64,000 nt of DNA, from positions 11,572 to 75,571 of the forward strand of contig VYEX01000021.1 of assembly GCA_009842675.1 (NCBI GenBank), given 5' to 3'. The notes beneath the pieces were generated by a model, which did not search any database, was not told the origin of the DNA, and saw nothing but the letters and a program-made list of their open reading frames with translations. The DNA is from Acidimicrobiia bacterium (GTDB taxonomy: Bacteria > Actinomycetota > Acidimicrobiia > Acidimicrobiales > Bin134). The translations under genes were made by a program, and so were the position numbers. Below, piece after piece: positions 16,195 to 25,002 of this stretch (the stretch's first letter is position 1; the number at the start of each line of letters is the position of its first letter).

Positions 16195-16230
16195 ACTCAA
16201 CAGTGTATTGAGTGCGATGTCAATTTATTT
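16195..16230 (-). promoter_or_regulatory. candidate promoter for the whiB7-like leader (AT-rich tract, then TTGACA, 17 nt, TTGAGT)
   Basis: The minus strand reads GGGAAATAAA-TTGACA-(17 nt)-TTGAGT-(7 nt)-ATG. An AT-rich tract directly abuts the -35 element, as described for autoregulated whiB7 promoters. The -10 is weak (3/6 to TATAAT). Confidence 0.3.
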
Positions 16231-16254
16231 CCCGATCATTTTGGACGGGGACCG

Positions 16255-17331
16255 CTAGAGCCCGGGCTTGATCTCAAAGGTCACCAGGCCATCGGATGTG
16301 ACGTCTTGGTGGGCTTCGCCGATCACCTTGAGGTGTATGAGGTGGGCAAAGGTCTCACTGGCGGCCATGTCGCCCCAGGCGCGCTCGCTGAACAGCACCC
16401 GCATGAAGTCCTCCACGGTGGCGCAGCCCAGCCTTCCGCTGGCGTGCCGCAAAACGTTCAGCCGCTCATGGTGGTGATCGCAGATGTCGTCGGCTCGGGC
16501 TCCGATGTCGGAGAACGGGTGACCGTGAGCCGGTAAGGCCAAGGTGGCGCCCTCCAGAGTCTTCATGCGCTCTAGCGAGTCGAAGAACTCGGCCAGCGAA
16601 TCATCGGTATCGCTGCGGCCGGCGATGTGGGGAGTGATGGTGGGCAGCACGTGGTCGCCCGAGAACACTGCGCCGTGCTCGGGATCGTAGAGACACAGGT
16701 GGTCGCCGGTGTGGCCGGGGGTGTGAAGCGCCACCCAGTCCCGTCGGGCGAAGCGGACGATTTGGCTGTCCACCACCTTCACCGACGGCTTGGGAGTCTG
16801 GAACCAGCGGGCATGGAAGTTGTCCCTGGCCCGGAACCGCTGGATGTATTCCCGGCTAGGGGGAGTTCGCTCGGTTCCCCACGGGGTTAGAGCGCGGAAG
16901 CTGTTCTCGATTCGCTCCAGAACCTCCTCCTCGGAGGCGTTTCCCTCGGCGTCGTGATCTTCCCTCGTCTCGTTGCGTTCCCAGATTGGGCGAAAGCTCT
17001 CGTGGGTCAAAATGTCGGCTCCGGCCTCCTCTCGCAGCCGTTCGGCTCCGCCGAAGTGGTCGAAGTGGGAGTGGGTGATGATGGCGGTGTGAACGTCGCC
17101 CACCTTGTACCCGGCCCGGTCGAGCCGGTCGACTAGGGCGTTCCAAGAATCGGGGCCGGGCAGGCCGGGGTCGACCACCGCCACCCCTCGCTCATCCTCC
17201 ATCACGTAGCAATTCACATGGCCGAGTCCGGGCAGGTTCACTGGCAGCATTGTGCGCAGCACCCCGGGGACCACCTCAGTTATCTCGGTAGTGGCCTCTT
17301 CCTGCTCCTGCTTGCGGGGCCGCTCAGTCAT
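16255..17331 (-). CDS. MBL-fold metallo-hydrolase
   Basis: HTAIITHSHFDHFGG (HxHxDH motif), later HTPGHTGDH and LPAHG. ATGA overlap with the orn stop. Confidence 0.85.
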   Translation of the reverse strand: MTERPRKQEQEEATTEITEVVPGVLRTMLPVNLPGLGHVNCYVMEDERGVAVVDPGLPGPDSWNALVDRLDRAGYKVGDVHTAIITHSHFDHFGGAERLREEAGADILTHESFRPIWERNETREDHDAEGNASEEEVLERIENSFRALTPWGTERTPPSREYIQRFRARDNFHARWFQTPKPSVKVVDSQIVRFARRDWVALHTPGHTGDHLCLYDPEHGAVFSGDHVLPTITPHIAGRSDTDDSLAEFFDSLERMKTLEGATLALPAHGHPFSDIGARADDICDHHHERLNVLRHASGRLGCATVEDFMRVLFSERAWGDMAASETFAHLIHLKVIGEAHQDVTSDGLVTFEIKPGL

Positions 17332-17975
17332 TCGCCAGCCTCCGTGGGAACGGAAGATCCAGCCTCAGTGGGAACGGAAGATCCAGCCTCAGTGGGAACG
17401 GAAGATCCTGCCTCCGTGGGAACGGAAGATCCAGCCTCCGTGGGAACCGAAAAAAACGTATCCCGGTAGTGGCGCAATTCGTTGAGGCTCTCGCGGATGT
17501 CGTCAAGGGCCCGATGGCCCTTGGCCTTTTGAGGCGCTTTGCGAAAAACACTGTGGTTCCACCGCCGGGCCAGTTCCTTGACGGTGGAGACGTCGATAGA
17601 GCGGTAGTGCAGAAAGTTCTCCACTTCGGGGAGTTGAGCGGCCAGAAAACGTCGGTCCACACCGATGGAGTTGCCGCACAGCGGCACGGTGCCGGGCTTG
17701 TCAATGTGCTCCTTGAGAAACGCCAGGGTCATTTCGCCCGCGGCCTCCAAGCTCAGGGTGGACGCCCTTATCTCGTCCAGCAGCCCGCTTTTGGTGTGCA
17801 TTTCAACCACCACGTCTTGCATGGAAGCCAATGCCTCTGGTGGTGCTGAAACCACCAGGTCAGGGCCTTCTGCCACCAAATCCAGCTTGTCATCGGTGAT
17901 GAGGGTGGCGATTTCCACGATCACATCGGTGGCCGGGTCCAACCCAGTCATCTCCAAGTCCATCCAAGCCAGCAT
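17328..17975 (-). CDS. orn: oligoribonuclease with C-terminal (SVPTEAGS)n repeat extension
   Basis: [23 protein letters not shown]..., [12 protein letters not shown] and [19 protein letters not shown] are DEDDh Orn motifs. ATG at 17975 (the ORF is open to a GTG at 18014). The last ~40 aa are five copies of VPTEAGSS. Confidence 0.9.
   Translation of the reverse strand: MLAWMDLEMTGLDPATDVIVEIATLITDDKLDLVAEGPDLVVSAPPEALASMQDVVVEMHTKSGLLDEIRASTLSLEAAGEMTLAFLKEHIDKPGTVPLCGNSIGVDRRFLAAQLPEVENFLHYRSIDVSTVKELARRWNHSVFRKAPQKAKGHRALDDIRESLNELRHYRDTFFSVPTEAGSSVPTEAGSSVPTEAGSSVPTEAGSSVPTEAGE
17335..17449. repeat. 24-nt tandem repeat, about 4.8 copies, inside the 3' end of orn
   Basis: The unit CCAGCCTCCGTGGGAACGGAAGAT occurs at 17335, 17359, 17383 and 17407, with a partial copy at 17431. 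Copies differ by 1-2 nt. The repeat is in frame (8 aa). On the coding strand each unit contains GGAGG or TGAGG. Confidence 0.95.
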
Positions 17976-18076
17976 GCTGGTTTGACCATAGAGCTTTGGG
18001 AGGGACAAACCCACACCGGCCGATAATCGGAACAGATCAGAAGAAGTATCCGTTCAGGCCAGGTAGTGTCACCGCC

Positions 18077-18514
18077 GTGTTGGAGATCCCCATTGTTCGC
18101 AGCCGCCCTGACCTGCCATTTCCCCGATACGCCACCGAGGGCGATGCCGGCGCCGACCTAGTGGCCAGCGAGGACATCGAGTTGGCCCCTGGCGGCGGGC
18201 GGGGCCTTGTGCCCACCGGCACGTTCATTGCCATCCCCGAGGGCTATGCCGGATTCGTCCAGCCCCGCAGCGGGTTGGCGCTGCGCCACGGCGTCACCTG
18301 TTTGAACACACCGGGGCTGATCGATTCCGGCTATCGGGGAGAGCTAAAGGTGTTGCTAGTGAATACCGACCCGGCCGAGCCGTTCACCGTACGCCGAGGG
18401 GACCGGATCGCCCAACTAGTGCTGCAAAAGGTTGAGCAGGCCGACTTCGTGGAGGTAGAAGAGCTGCCCCCGTCGTCCCGGGGATCAGGAGGATTCGGCT
18501 CTACTGGGGCCTAG
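18077..18514 (+). CDS. dut: dUTP diphosphatase
   Basis: [41 protein letters not shown] and C-terminal [10 protein letters not shown] are the five dUTPase motifs. GTG at 18077 chosen to avoid overlapping orn; the ORF is open from 17996. Confidence 0.9.
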   Translation: MLEIPIVRSRPDLPFPRYATEGDAGADLVASEDIELAPGGGRGLVPTGTFIAIPEGYAGFVQPRSGLALRHGVTCLNTPGLIDSGYRGELKVLLVNTDPAEPFTVRRGDRIAQLVLQKVEQADFVEVEELPPSSRGSGGFGSTGA

Positions 18515-18885
18515 CGCACGCCCTTGGCTGACTTTTGCAGCCACAGGCGACACTCGTCGGGATCGAGCTTCCACGAGTCGACCAGCTTCCCAGCAGTGGT
18601 CTCGAACTGGTCGATCCGACTATGGGGAATGGGCTTGCATTCCCGGCCATTCAGCTGGGCCTCGATGGTCACGATTCCCGCCTTGCTCTGAAAGTCGACC
18701 GAGATTGAACCGTCGGGCAGCTCTGGATCCAATAGCAGCAGCAGTGCTTCCTTGATGGCTTGGCTTAGCTCGGCGACTTCTTCGGAGGGGAAACCCTGGT
18801 GGGTTGCGGCGTGGACAGCGGCGAGCTCTGCCATGCGACCGTACCGCTTGAGCGCTGGCACCTTGACTCTCACGTCGCCGCCCAC
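18511..18885 (-). CDS. hypothetical protein
   Basis: The ORF is open to 19017, but that would overlap the nadX start. An internal GTG at 18885 is preceded by GGAAGG. No family recognised. Start and function uncertain. Confidence 0.4.
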   Translation of the reverse strand: MGGDVRVKVPALKRYGRMAELAAVHAATHQGFPSEEVAELSQAIKEALLLLLDPELPDGSISVDFQSKAGIVTIEAQLNGRECKPIPHSRIDQFETTAGKLVDSWKLDPDECRLWLQKSAKGVR

Positions 18886-18982
18886 GGTTTTCAGCCTTCC
18901 ATGACCGCCGGTTCCATATGTTGAGGGTACCAACAAGAGCAACAGAACATTGAAAAAGGAGTGCAGCCGGTATTCTTGCTCG

Positions 18983-19762
18983 ATGCTTCGAGTCGGCTTG
19001 ATCGGTTGCGGGGCCATCGGTTCAGTGGTGGCCCGCGAACTGTCGAACGGAGCAGTGGAGGGGGCTGAGCTGACCGCGGTCTTCGATCTTGTGGCTGATC
19101 ACCCTCTTCAGATTGACAACCTGGATTCGCTGTTATCCCGATCAGATGCGGTGGTGGAGGCGGCCGGACATGGAGCACTCCACGAGCACGGCGTTGCCGT
19201 CAGGGAGTCGGGGACCGATTTGTTGGTGGTGAGTATTGGCGCCTTGGCTGACGATGATCTTGAGGCCCGATTGCGACAGGCCGAGGGCGGGCGACTCTAT
19301 CTGTGTACCGGTGCCATCGGCGGATTCGACATACTGCGGGCGGCCATGCTCTTCGGACCATTGGAAGAGGTGGCCATCACTAGCACCAAGCCGGCGGTAG
19401 CTCTGAGCCGCCCTTGGATGGAGCAGGCGGTGCAGGATGCTCTGGCTGGCGGATCCGAGCCGGTGAGAGTATTCGATGGTCCGGCTCGAGAAGCATGTGC
19501 CTTGTTCCCAGAATCGGCCAACGTGACCGCCACCTTGTCGCTGGCCACCGTCGGGTTCGACCGGGTGCGGGTACAGATGGTGGGCGACCCGGAAGTCACT
19601 AGGGTGCGGCACGTGGTGACCGCTTCGGGAGTGGCGGGCACCTACAAGCTGTCATTCGAGAATGCGGCCTCCCCTGACAACCCCCGCACCAGTGCGGTCA
19701 CCGCCTATTCGGTGCTTCGGGCTATCGGTGACATCTGTCGACCCCCGGTTTCTTTTCTTTAG
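18983..19762 (+). CDS. nadX: L-aspartate dehydrogenase-like NAD(P)-binding protein
   Basis: MLRVGLIGCGAIGSVVA Rossmann start. Central GAIGGFDILRAA and the overall ~260 aa length fit the aspartate dehydrogenase family. Confidence 0.75.
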   Translation: MLRVGLIGCGAIGSVVARELSNGAVEGAELTAVFDLVADHPLQIDNLDSLLSRSDAVVEAAGHGALHEHGVAVRESGTDLLVVSIGALADDDLEARLRQAEGGRLYLCTGAIGGFDILRAAMLFGPLEEVAITSTKPAVALSRPWMEQAVQDALAGGSEPVRVFDGPAREACALFPESANVTATLSLATVGFDRVRVQMVGDPEVTRVRHVVTASGVAGTYKLSFENAASPDNPRTSAVTAYSVLRAIGDICRPPVSFL

Positions 19763-19858
19763 GCCAGAAACCCTTGATGGATTTGGTGTCTGTATGTAGC
19801 TTGACGTTGTAGGAGCCGCCTGTCTGAGCCGAGGCAAGCGGGGCGACAGGGGGATGTC

Positions 19859-21133
19859 ATGGTCGAGTTGCCAGACCAGTTTATTTTCAACACATTTGCC
19901 TTCCTGATCTGGGGTGCATTGGTGATGTGGATGTGCGCCGGCTTCACGATGTTGGAGTCCGGGGCGGTCCGCACCAAGAACGCCTCCATGATCTGCCTCA
20001 AGAACATCGGCATCTACTCCATCGCTGGTCTGGCCTATTTCATCATCGGCTACAACATCATGTACATCGATGTCGGTGACCTGATTGGCTCCTTCGAGTT
20101 CCTCTACGGGCCGTCGGGGGCCGAGAAAGCCCTGCTTGATGGGGACATGAGCGCGGTCGGCGACGTGGTGGACAACGGATACGCAGTGATGTCCGACTGG
20201 TTCTTCCAGATGGTGTTCGTGGCCACCGCCGCATCCATCGTGTCAGGGGCCATCGCAGAGCGGATCAAGCTGTGGGCGTTCTTCGCCTTCACCCTCATCT
20301 TGACCGCATTCATCTACCCCATCGTGGGTTCTTGGACCTGGGGTGGCGGTTGGCTGGCCCAAGAGGGCTTCCAGGACTTCGCCGGCTCCACCATCGTCCA
20401 CGGAACCGGCGGCTGGGCCGCCCTGGCCGGAGTTCTGGTGGTGGGCCCTCGTTTGGGCAAGTTCAAGAAGGACGGCAGCGTGAGGTCGACGCCGCCCTCC
20501 AACGTGTTGGTGGTGACGTTGGGCGTGTTCATCTTGTGGCTCGGCTGGTTCGGATTCAACGGAGGATCCCAGCTCGCGTTAGGCACCCCGACTGATGCGG
20601 TGGCGATGACCATTGTGCTGGTCAACACCAATCTGGCCGCCGCGGCCGGCGTGCTTGCCGCCTTGGCCGTCTCCCGTTCCATTCTGGGAAGGATCGACCT
20701 ATTCGCCGGTCTGAACGGCGCAATCGCCGGACTCGTTGCCATCACTGCCGGTCCCACCATGGTGGACCACTGGTGGGCGATGGTCATTGGTGCCATTGGA
20801 GGTCTGCTCTGCACGCTGGGCATAAAGGTGCTGGAGATGGTCAAGATCGACGATGTGGTCGGCGCCATTCCCGCCCACCTCATCGCCGGCATCTGGGGCA
20901 CTCTGGCCGTGACCATTGCCGCGGGGGGCCGATTCCACATTCAACTGCTGGGCATCGTCTCCATCGGCGCCTTCGTGTTCATCGTGTCGCTGGTGGTTTG
21001 GAAGGTGCTGAACCTGTTGATGGGATTGCGGGTGTCAGCCGAAGTCGAGCGCATGGGCCAAGACGTCGGCGAACTCGGACTCGAGGCGTACCCCGAGTTT
21101 GTGTTGATGCCCGAGCCGAACGACTTGGACTAA
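19859..21133 (+). CDS. amt: ammonium transporter (Amt family)
   Basis: FTMLESGAVRTKN, SGAIAERIK, AGSTIVHGTGGWAALAG, GWFGFNGGS and VGAIPAHLIAGIWGTL are Amt/Mep motifs. 424 aa, about 11 TM. Confidence 0.93.
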   Translation: MVELPDQFIFNTFAFLIWGALVMWMCAGFTMLESGAVRTKNASMICLKNIGIYSIAGLAYFIIGYNIMYIDVGDLIGSFEFLYGPSGAEKALLDGDMSAVGDVVDNGYAVMSDWFFQMVFVATAASIVSGAIAERIKLWAFFAFTLILTAFIYPIVGSWTWGGGWLAQEGFQDFAGSTIVHGTGGWAALAGVLVVGPRLGKFKKDGSVRSTPPSNVLVVTLGVFILWLGWFGFNGGSQLALGTPTDAVAMTIVLVNTNLAAAAGVLAALAVSRSILGRIDLFAGLNGAIAGLVAITAGPTMVDHWWAMVIGAIGGLLCTLGIKVLEMVKIDDVVGAIPAHLIAGIWGTLAVTIAAGGRFHIQLLGIVSIGAFVFIVSLVVWKVLNLLMGLRVSAEVERMGQDVGELGLEAYPEFVLMPEPNDLD

Positions 21134-21198
21134 GGGTCCGAACTCCGACACCCCACTGGGGTGGCAGGACTTTCCCGAGTTGGACTAGCTCTGGTGGA

Positions 21199-21948
21199 TT
21201 AGGTGCAGGGTTCCCCTGGGGCGACCGCGGGGAGCCGTCCGGCCCTCATCGAGGTGACCGACGTACCGTCGGTCTCCCAGATCACCCGGTAGTCGACGTC
21301 GGCCTCGTCAACTGGGACGTATTGAATGGAGTTGCCGCTGCCGTCGGCGTAAGGGGACACCACGAGTCGCTCCCCGAACAGCTCATGAAGCTGGGCTTCG
21401 GTGCTGCCCACGCTGGCTCCCGAGCGGGTGGTGATGCTCGGGTTGGTGATATCGATCCGCTCGATGCTGCTGTTGTAAATCGTGAGCACTACACCCGACG
21501 GCCCGCCCGCCGGGGCTAGCAGATAGCACCGGGGGGTGCCTTCTCCGGGGCCGCCGGTCCACAGGGTGGTGACCGCGTCGCCTGCCTCATCCGGGGTCAT
21601 GCCGAAGTAGACCGAGCCGAGTCCCACCGTGCTGAGCTTGTCGTCGCTGGTGAAGGCCGGATCGTCAAAGTTCTCTGGCTCAGGCCGCTCCACAGGCTCA
21701 GATGTCAGCACGGGCACCGGGGTGGTCTCCTCGACCGGGGCGGGCGTGGGCTCAACCTCTGGTGCCGGATCGGGCTCCTCTTCGACAGGCTCCTCCTCGA
21801 CGGGCTCCTCGATGGGCGCCGGCGTGGAGATGGGCGCCGGCTCTTCGGCAGCTGGTTCCGGCGTGGCCTCGTCGGCGGAATCGTCATCGTTCCCGCAGGC
21901 CGCGAAGAGCAGAGCCAAGATGGCGATCAATGCTATAGAGCGTCGCAT
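21199..21948 (-). CDS. secreted lipoprotein with Pro/Glu-rich linker, function unknown
   Basis: Lipobox ALLFAACGNDDD. A long PEPAAEEPAP.../EEPVEEEPVEEEP low-complexity linker is followed by a globular C-terminal domain. Confidence 0.65.
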   Translation of the reverse strand: MRRSIALIAILALLFAACGNDDDSADEATPEPAAEEPAPISTPAPIEEPVEEEPVEEEPDPAPEVEPTPAPVEETTPVPVLTSEPVERPEPENFDDPAFTSDDKLSTVGLGSVYFGMTPDEAGDAVTTLWTGGPGEGTPRCYLLAPAGGPSGVVLTIYNSSIERIDITNPSITTRSGASVGSTEAQLHELFGERLVVSPYADGSGNSIQYVPVDEADVDYRVIWETDGTSVTSMRAGRLPAVAPGEPCT

Positions 21949-21985
21949 GGCCCTCAGCGTAGTAGGAAGATCGGTTCGAGTCTTG

Positions 21986-22058
21986 TAGGCCGCCTGGGAC
22001 TCGAACCCAGCACCTTGAGATTAAAAGTCTCCTGCTCTACCTGATGAGCTAGCGGCCC
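21986..22058 (-). tRNA. tRNA-Lys (anticodon TTT)
   Basis: The reverse complement GGGCCGCTAGCTCATCAGGTAGAGCAGGAGACTTTTAATCTCAAGGTGCTGGGTTCGAGTCCCAGGCGGCCTA folds as a cloverleaf. It has a 7-bp acceptor stem, a GCTC/GAGC D stem, a CTTTTAA anticodon loop and a GGTTCGAGTCC T-arm. CCA is not encoded. Confidence 0.9.
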
Positions 22059-22083
22059 GCCGTCACTGTATCGCCCAGACCCT

Positions 22084-22290
22084 TTGGTGTGGTCGGTAAT
22101 ATGCCCCACGGTGGAAGCCTGGGAAGCCCTGCTGGGCGACGTGGAGAGCGAGTTGATCGACGTGGAGGCCGTGCTGGCCGAACTCGAAGATATCGATGCG
22201 CTGCGCCTACGGATCCAAGCGGCCGAGGCCGACGGCAGCATCGAACAGCGCCCGGTGCTCCAGCGTTGCGCCGAGCTGATTCGCAGCTAG
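22084..22290 (+). CDS. small acidic hypothetical protein
   Basis: 68-aa ORF with GC3-rich codons (...EAWEALLGDVESELIDVEAVLAELEDIDALRLRIQAAEADG...), predicted helical. No family recognised. Confidence 0.35.
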   Translation: MVWSVICPTVEAWEALLGDVESELIDVEAVLAELEDIDALRLRIQAAEADGSIEQRPVLQRCAELIRS

Positions 22291-22955
22291 AGCAGGTCCG
22301 CCACGGGGATCTGAATGTCCACCCCTTCGAGGGGGTGGACTCGCTCGCCGGGGACAATCTGGCCGTTGGATATCGTTACCCACCGGCCGCTCATGTTGGT
22401 GACCCGGTCGGGCGGGCAGCCCAGGTGGTCTTCCAGGGTGTAGATCACCCCGCCATGGGTGACCACCAACGCGGTCCGGTCGCCGACGATGTGGGCCAAC
22501 CGGTTGAGTCCAGCCAAGATCCGAGTCAACAGGGCGTCGTCGTCCTCCCAACCCGACGGTCGTCGGCCGTCTTGCAAGAATCCCGGGAACTGCTCCTCGA
22601 TTTGTTTTCGAGTCAGCCCCGAAAACTCCCTCACGTCCCGCTCGATGAGCTCGGGAACCAGTATCGGGGACTCGCAGCCCATGAATTCCGCGATGATCTC
22701 CGCGCTGACTCGGGATCGTTGCAGCGTGGAGGCCGCTACCACGTCCACCGGGTCGAGCCGGGCGGCCGCCGCTCCCGCCTGCTGGCGACCGAGCTCCGAC
22801 AGCGGGGGATCAGCCTGGCCCTGCCAGCGCCGAAGGGCGTTCCATTCCGACTGCCCATGGCGGAGCAGCAGTAGACGAGCCACGGCGTTCACGGTAATTG
22901 CTGCACCCTTTGGGACTGCGGCAGTGGCGGGTGATTCCCGTAGAATTCTGCACAT
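22287..22955 (-). CDS. histidine phosphatase family protein (phosphoglycerate mutase-like)
   Basis: LLLLRHGQSEWNALRRWQGQADPPLSELGRQQA contains the RHG catalytic motif; later LVVTHGGVI. Start uncertain: ATG at 22955, a downstream GTG, or the ORF start at 23027. Confidence 0.8.
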   Translation of the reverse strand: MCRILRESPATAAVPKGAAITVNAVARLLLLRHGQSEWNALRRWQGQADPPLSELGRQQAGAAAARLDPVDVVAASTLQRSRVSAEIIAEFMGCESPILVPELIERDVREFSGLTRKQIEEQFPGFLQDGRRPSGWEDDDALLTRILAGLNRLAHIVGDRTALVVTHGGVIYTLEDHLGCPPDRVTNMSGRWVTISNGQIVPGERVHPLEGVDIQIPVADLL

Positions 22956-23190
22956 GGCCACGTTGCGCCTCTTCGCGCATGTCAGGGAGGCGGCTGGTAC
23001 TGGAAGGGACGAAGTACCCGGCGACACCGTCGAACAGGTTCTGGCTGCGGCGGCCGATCGCTATGGGACGGCGTTTGCCGAGCAACTCCAGATTTGCCGG
23101 GTGTGGTTGAACGGCGAGCCGGTCACCGGGGCTGAACCAGTGACCGACGGTGACGAGGTGGCCGTGCTGCCGCCCGTCTCCGGGGGATAG
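22954..23190 (+). CDS. MoaD/ThiS-family sulfur-carrier protein
   Basis: 78 aa. MATLRLFAHVREAAGT...DGDEVAVLPPVSGG ends in the diagnostic Gly-Gly. Ubiquitin-like length. Lies at the end of a long spurious upstream ORF frame (22459..). Confidence 0.75.
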   Translation: MATLRLFAHVREAAGTGRDEVPGDTVEQVLAAAADRYGTAFAEQLQICRVWLNGEPVTGAEPVTDGDEVAVLPPVSGG

Positions 23191-23255
23191 CCTTTTTTGG
23201 CGATGTCCAGCTCCCGGTTGCCCATCTATCACGCCGTGGTTCGGAGCGTGAGGCC

Positions 23256-24470
23256 ATGACCCAGAACGTGGCCGTGCTGTCGCTGCACACGTCACCGCTG
23301 ACACAGCCGGGCGTGGGCGACAGTGGGGGCATGAACGTCTATGTGAGGGAGATGGCTGCCGCGCTGTCTCACGCCGGCAGTGAGTGCCGGGTGTACGTGC
23401 GCCGGGCCCATCACGGACTACCCGATGAAGTGTCCATCGAACCCGGTGTAACTGTGGTCCATATCGACGCCGGTCCTGTCGACCTGGAGAAGGAAGACCT
23501 GTACGGGGTGGTGGGCGAATTCGCCGACGGCGTGTTGGCTGACTTCAACCGGAACGGACCGCCCGACGTGATCCACGCCAATTATTGGCTGTCTGGTGTT
23601 GCCGGTCACCGGGTCAAACATGCGGTGGGGGTGCCGTTGGCGGTGACCTTTCACACGCTGGCCCGGGTAAAGGCAGCCACCGGCGACCCCGAATCGGAGC
23701 AGCGGGCCGGAGCCGAGTCCGAAGTGATCGGCTGCGCCGACGTGGTTATTGCCTCTTGTGAGCCCGAGGCCCAACAGCTTCAGAGCTTCTACGATGCACC
23801 GCCTGAGCGGATAGAGCTGGCTCCGCCGGGGGTCGAGCACGCGCTGTTCTCTCCCGGCGACCGGGAAGGCGCTCGGGCCGCCCTTGGCCTTGGTTCCGGG
23901 CCGATTCTGTTATTTGTGGGTCGGATCCAGCCGCTCAAGCGACCCTTGGTGGCGGTGGAGACATTGTCCCTTCTGGATCGCGAAGACGCTCGCCTGATGG
24001 TGGTAGGCGGCCCCAGCGGAGTCGAAGGCGAGGCAGAGTATCGACGCCTGCAAGACCGCATTCAGTCCCTGGGGTTGGCCGATCGGGTCGCGCTGATTCC
24101 GCCCCGTCCCCACCACTGGCTGTCGACGTACTATCGGGCCGCCGACGTCGTGCTGGTTCCCAGCCGCAGCGAGTCCTTTGGGTTGGTGGCCCTCGAAGCA
24201 GCCGCGAGTGGAACCCCGGTGGTGGCCGCCCCAGTGGGCGGCCTGCGCTCGGTGGTGGATCACGGCCGCACCGGATTTCTGGTAGACGATGCCACCCCGG
24301 AGGCAATCGCCGCCCAGGTGGCCGCGCTGATCGACAAGCCGCTGCTTGCCGCCGAAATGGCCATGAATGCTGCCGAAAGGGCTCGGTTGTTCTCCTGGAC
24401 TGCCATGGCCCGATCCCTACAAGCCACCTATCGCCGGGCTCAGTCCCGAGTGCCTGTCGATTGCACCTGA
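23256..24470 (+). CDS. mshA: D-inositol-3-phosphate glycosyltransferase (mycothiol biosynthesis, GT4)
   Basis: The N-terminal LSLHTSPLTQPGVGDSGGMNVYVREMA matches the MshA signature. C-terminal GT4 motif PSRSESFGLVALEAAASGTPVVA. Followed by a YbjN-like gene, as in mycobacteria. Confidence 0.85.
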   Translation: MTQNVAVLSLHTSPLTQPGVGDSGGMNVYVREMAAALSHAGSECRVYVRRAHHGLPDEVSIEPGVTVVHIDAGPVDLEKEDLYGVVGEFADGVLADFNRNGPPDVIHANYWLSGVAGHRVKHAVGVPLAVTFHTLARVKAATGDPESEQRAGAESEVIGCADVVIASCEPEAQQLQSFYDAPPERIELAPPGVEHALFSPGDREGARAALGLGSGPILLFVGRIQPLKRPLVAVETLSLLDREDARLMVVGGPSGVEGEAEYRRLQDRIQSLGLADRVALIPPRPHHWLSTYYRAADVVLVPSRSESFGLVALEAAASGTPVVAAPVGGLRSVVDHGRTGFLVDDATPEAIAAQVAALIDKPLLAAEMAMNAAERARLFSWTAMARSLQATYRRAQSRVPVDCT

Positions 24471-24480
24471 TCGATAACCC

Positions 24481-24936
24481 ATGATTCTGGGGGCCGAAGA
24501 GTTAGCCGCTTTGGAATCAGACATAGATGCGTGGTTGGAGGATCAGCTTCACACCAACCCGACCGTGCTCACCGTGGACAGGGGGGAGCCCGGCCAGCGC
24601 CGCTGGTATGTGCGGATGGTGGGGGAGGAAAAGACGGTCTCCACCGTTTGGTTCACCCTCGGCCAGCGCCAGTTGCACTGCGAATGCCACTTCATGCCTG
24701 CACCCGAGGAGAACGAGGCTCGGCTGTACGAATACCTGTTGCGGCGCAACCGAGATCTGGTCGGGTTGCGTTTCGCCATCGGGGTGGAGGACGCCGTGTT
24801 CTTGGTTGCCGAACTGCCGGCTCACACGGTTACCGAAGCGGAGATCGATCGGCTCTTGGGCTCGTTCTACGCCTACTCGGAGCGGTGGTTTCGCTCTTGC
24901 ATGCGTATCGGCTATGCCACTCGATTCAACAATTAG
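24481..24936 (+). CDS. YbjN-domain protein
   Basis: 151 aa. WYVRMVGEEKTVSTVWFTLGQRQLHCECHFMPAPEENEARLYEYLLRRN resembles the YbjN family protein conserved downstream of mshA in actinobacteria. Confidence 0.65.
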   Translation: MILGAEELAALESDIDAWLEDQLHTNPTVLTVDRGEPGQRRWYVRMVGEEKTVSTVWFTLGQRQLHCECHFMPAPEENEARLYEYLLRRNRDLVGLRFAIGVEDAVFLVAELPAHTVTEAEIDRLLGSFYAYSERWFRSCMRIGYATRFNN

Positions 24937-25002
24937 CCATCGTTAGTATATTTCGATTGATTTCAATGTAGGTGGGATGTAAGTTCCTCGTTCAGTGCTC
25001 TT

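Noticed and set aside
17335-17449. The 24-nt tandem repeat as a possible CRISPR array.
   Set aside because: The units are directly adjacent with no spacers. The array is in frame within orn, and no cas genes are nearby.
21149-21163. CACCCCA-C-TGGGGTG palindrome between the convergent amt and lipoprotein genes, as a bidirectional terminator.
   Set aside because: The loop is too small, so the effective stem is only about 5 bp. There is no adjacent T/A run. Too weak to call.
21949-22083. tRNA-Lys as an integration site for a mobile element.
   Set aside because: No integrase, no direct repeat of the tRNA 3' end, and no obvious compositional island on either flank. The neighbours are ordinary chromosomal genes.
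22954-22955. Divergent MoaD-like and histidine-phosphatase genes apparently sharing a CATG, so that both start codons overlap.
   Set aside because: Overlapping divergent starts would leave no promoter space. More likely the phosphatase starts at a downstream GTG (just before ...VARLLLLRHG). Not treated as a real feature.
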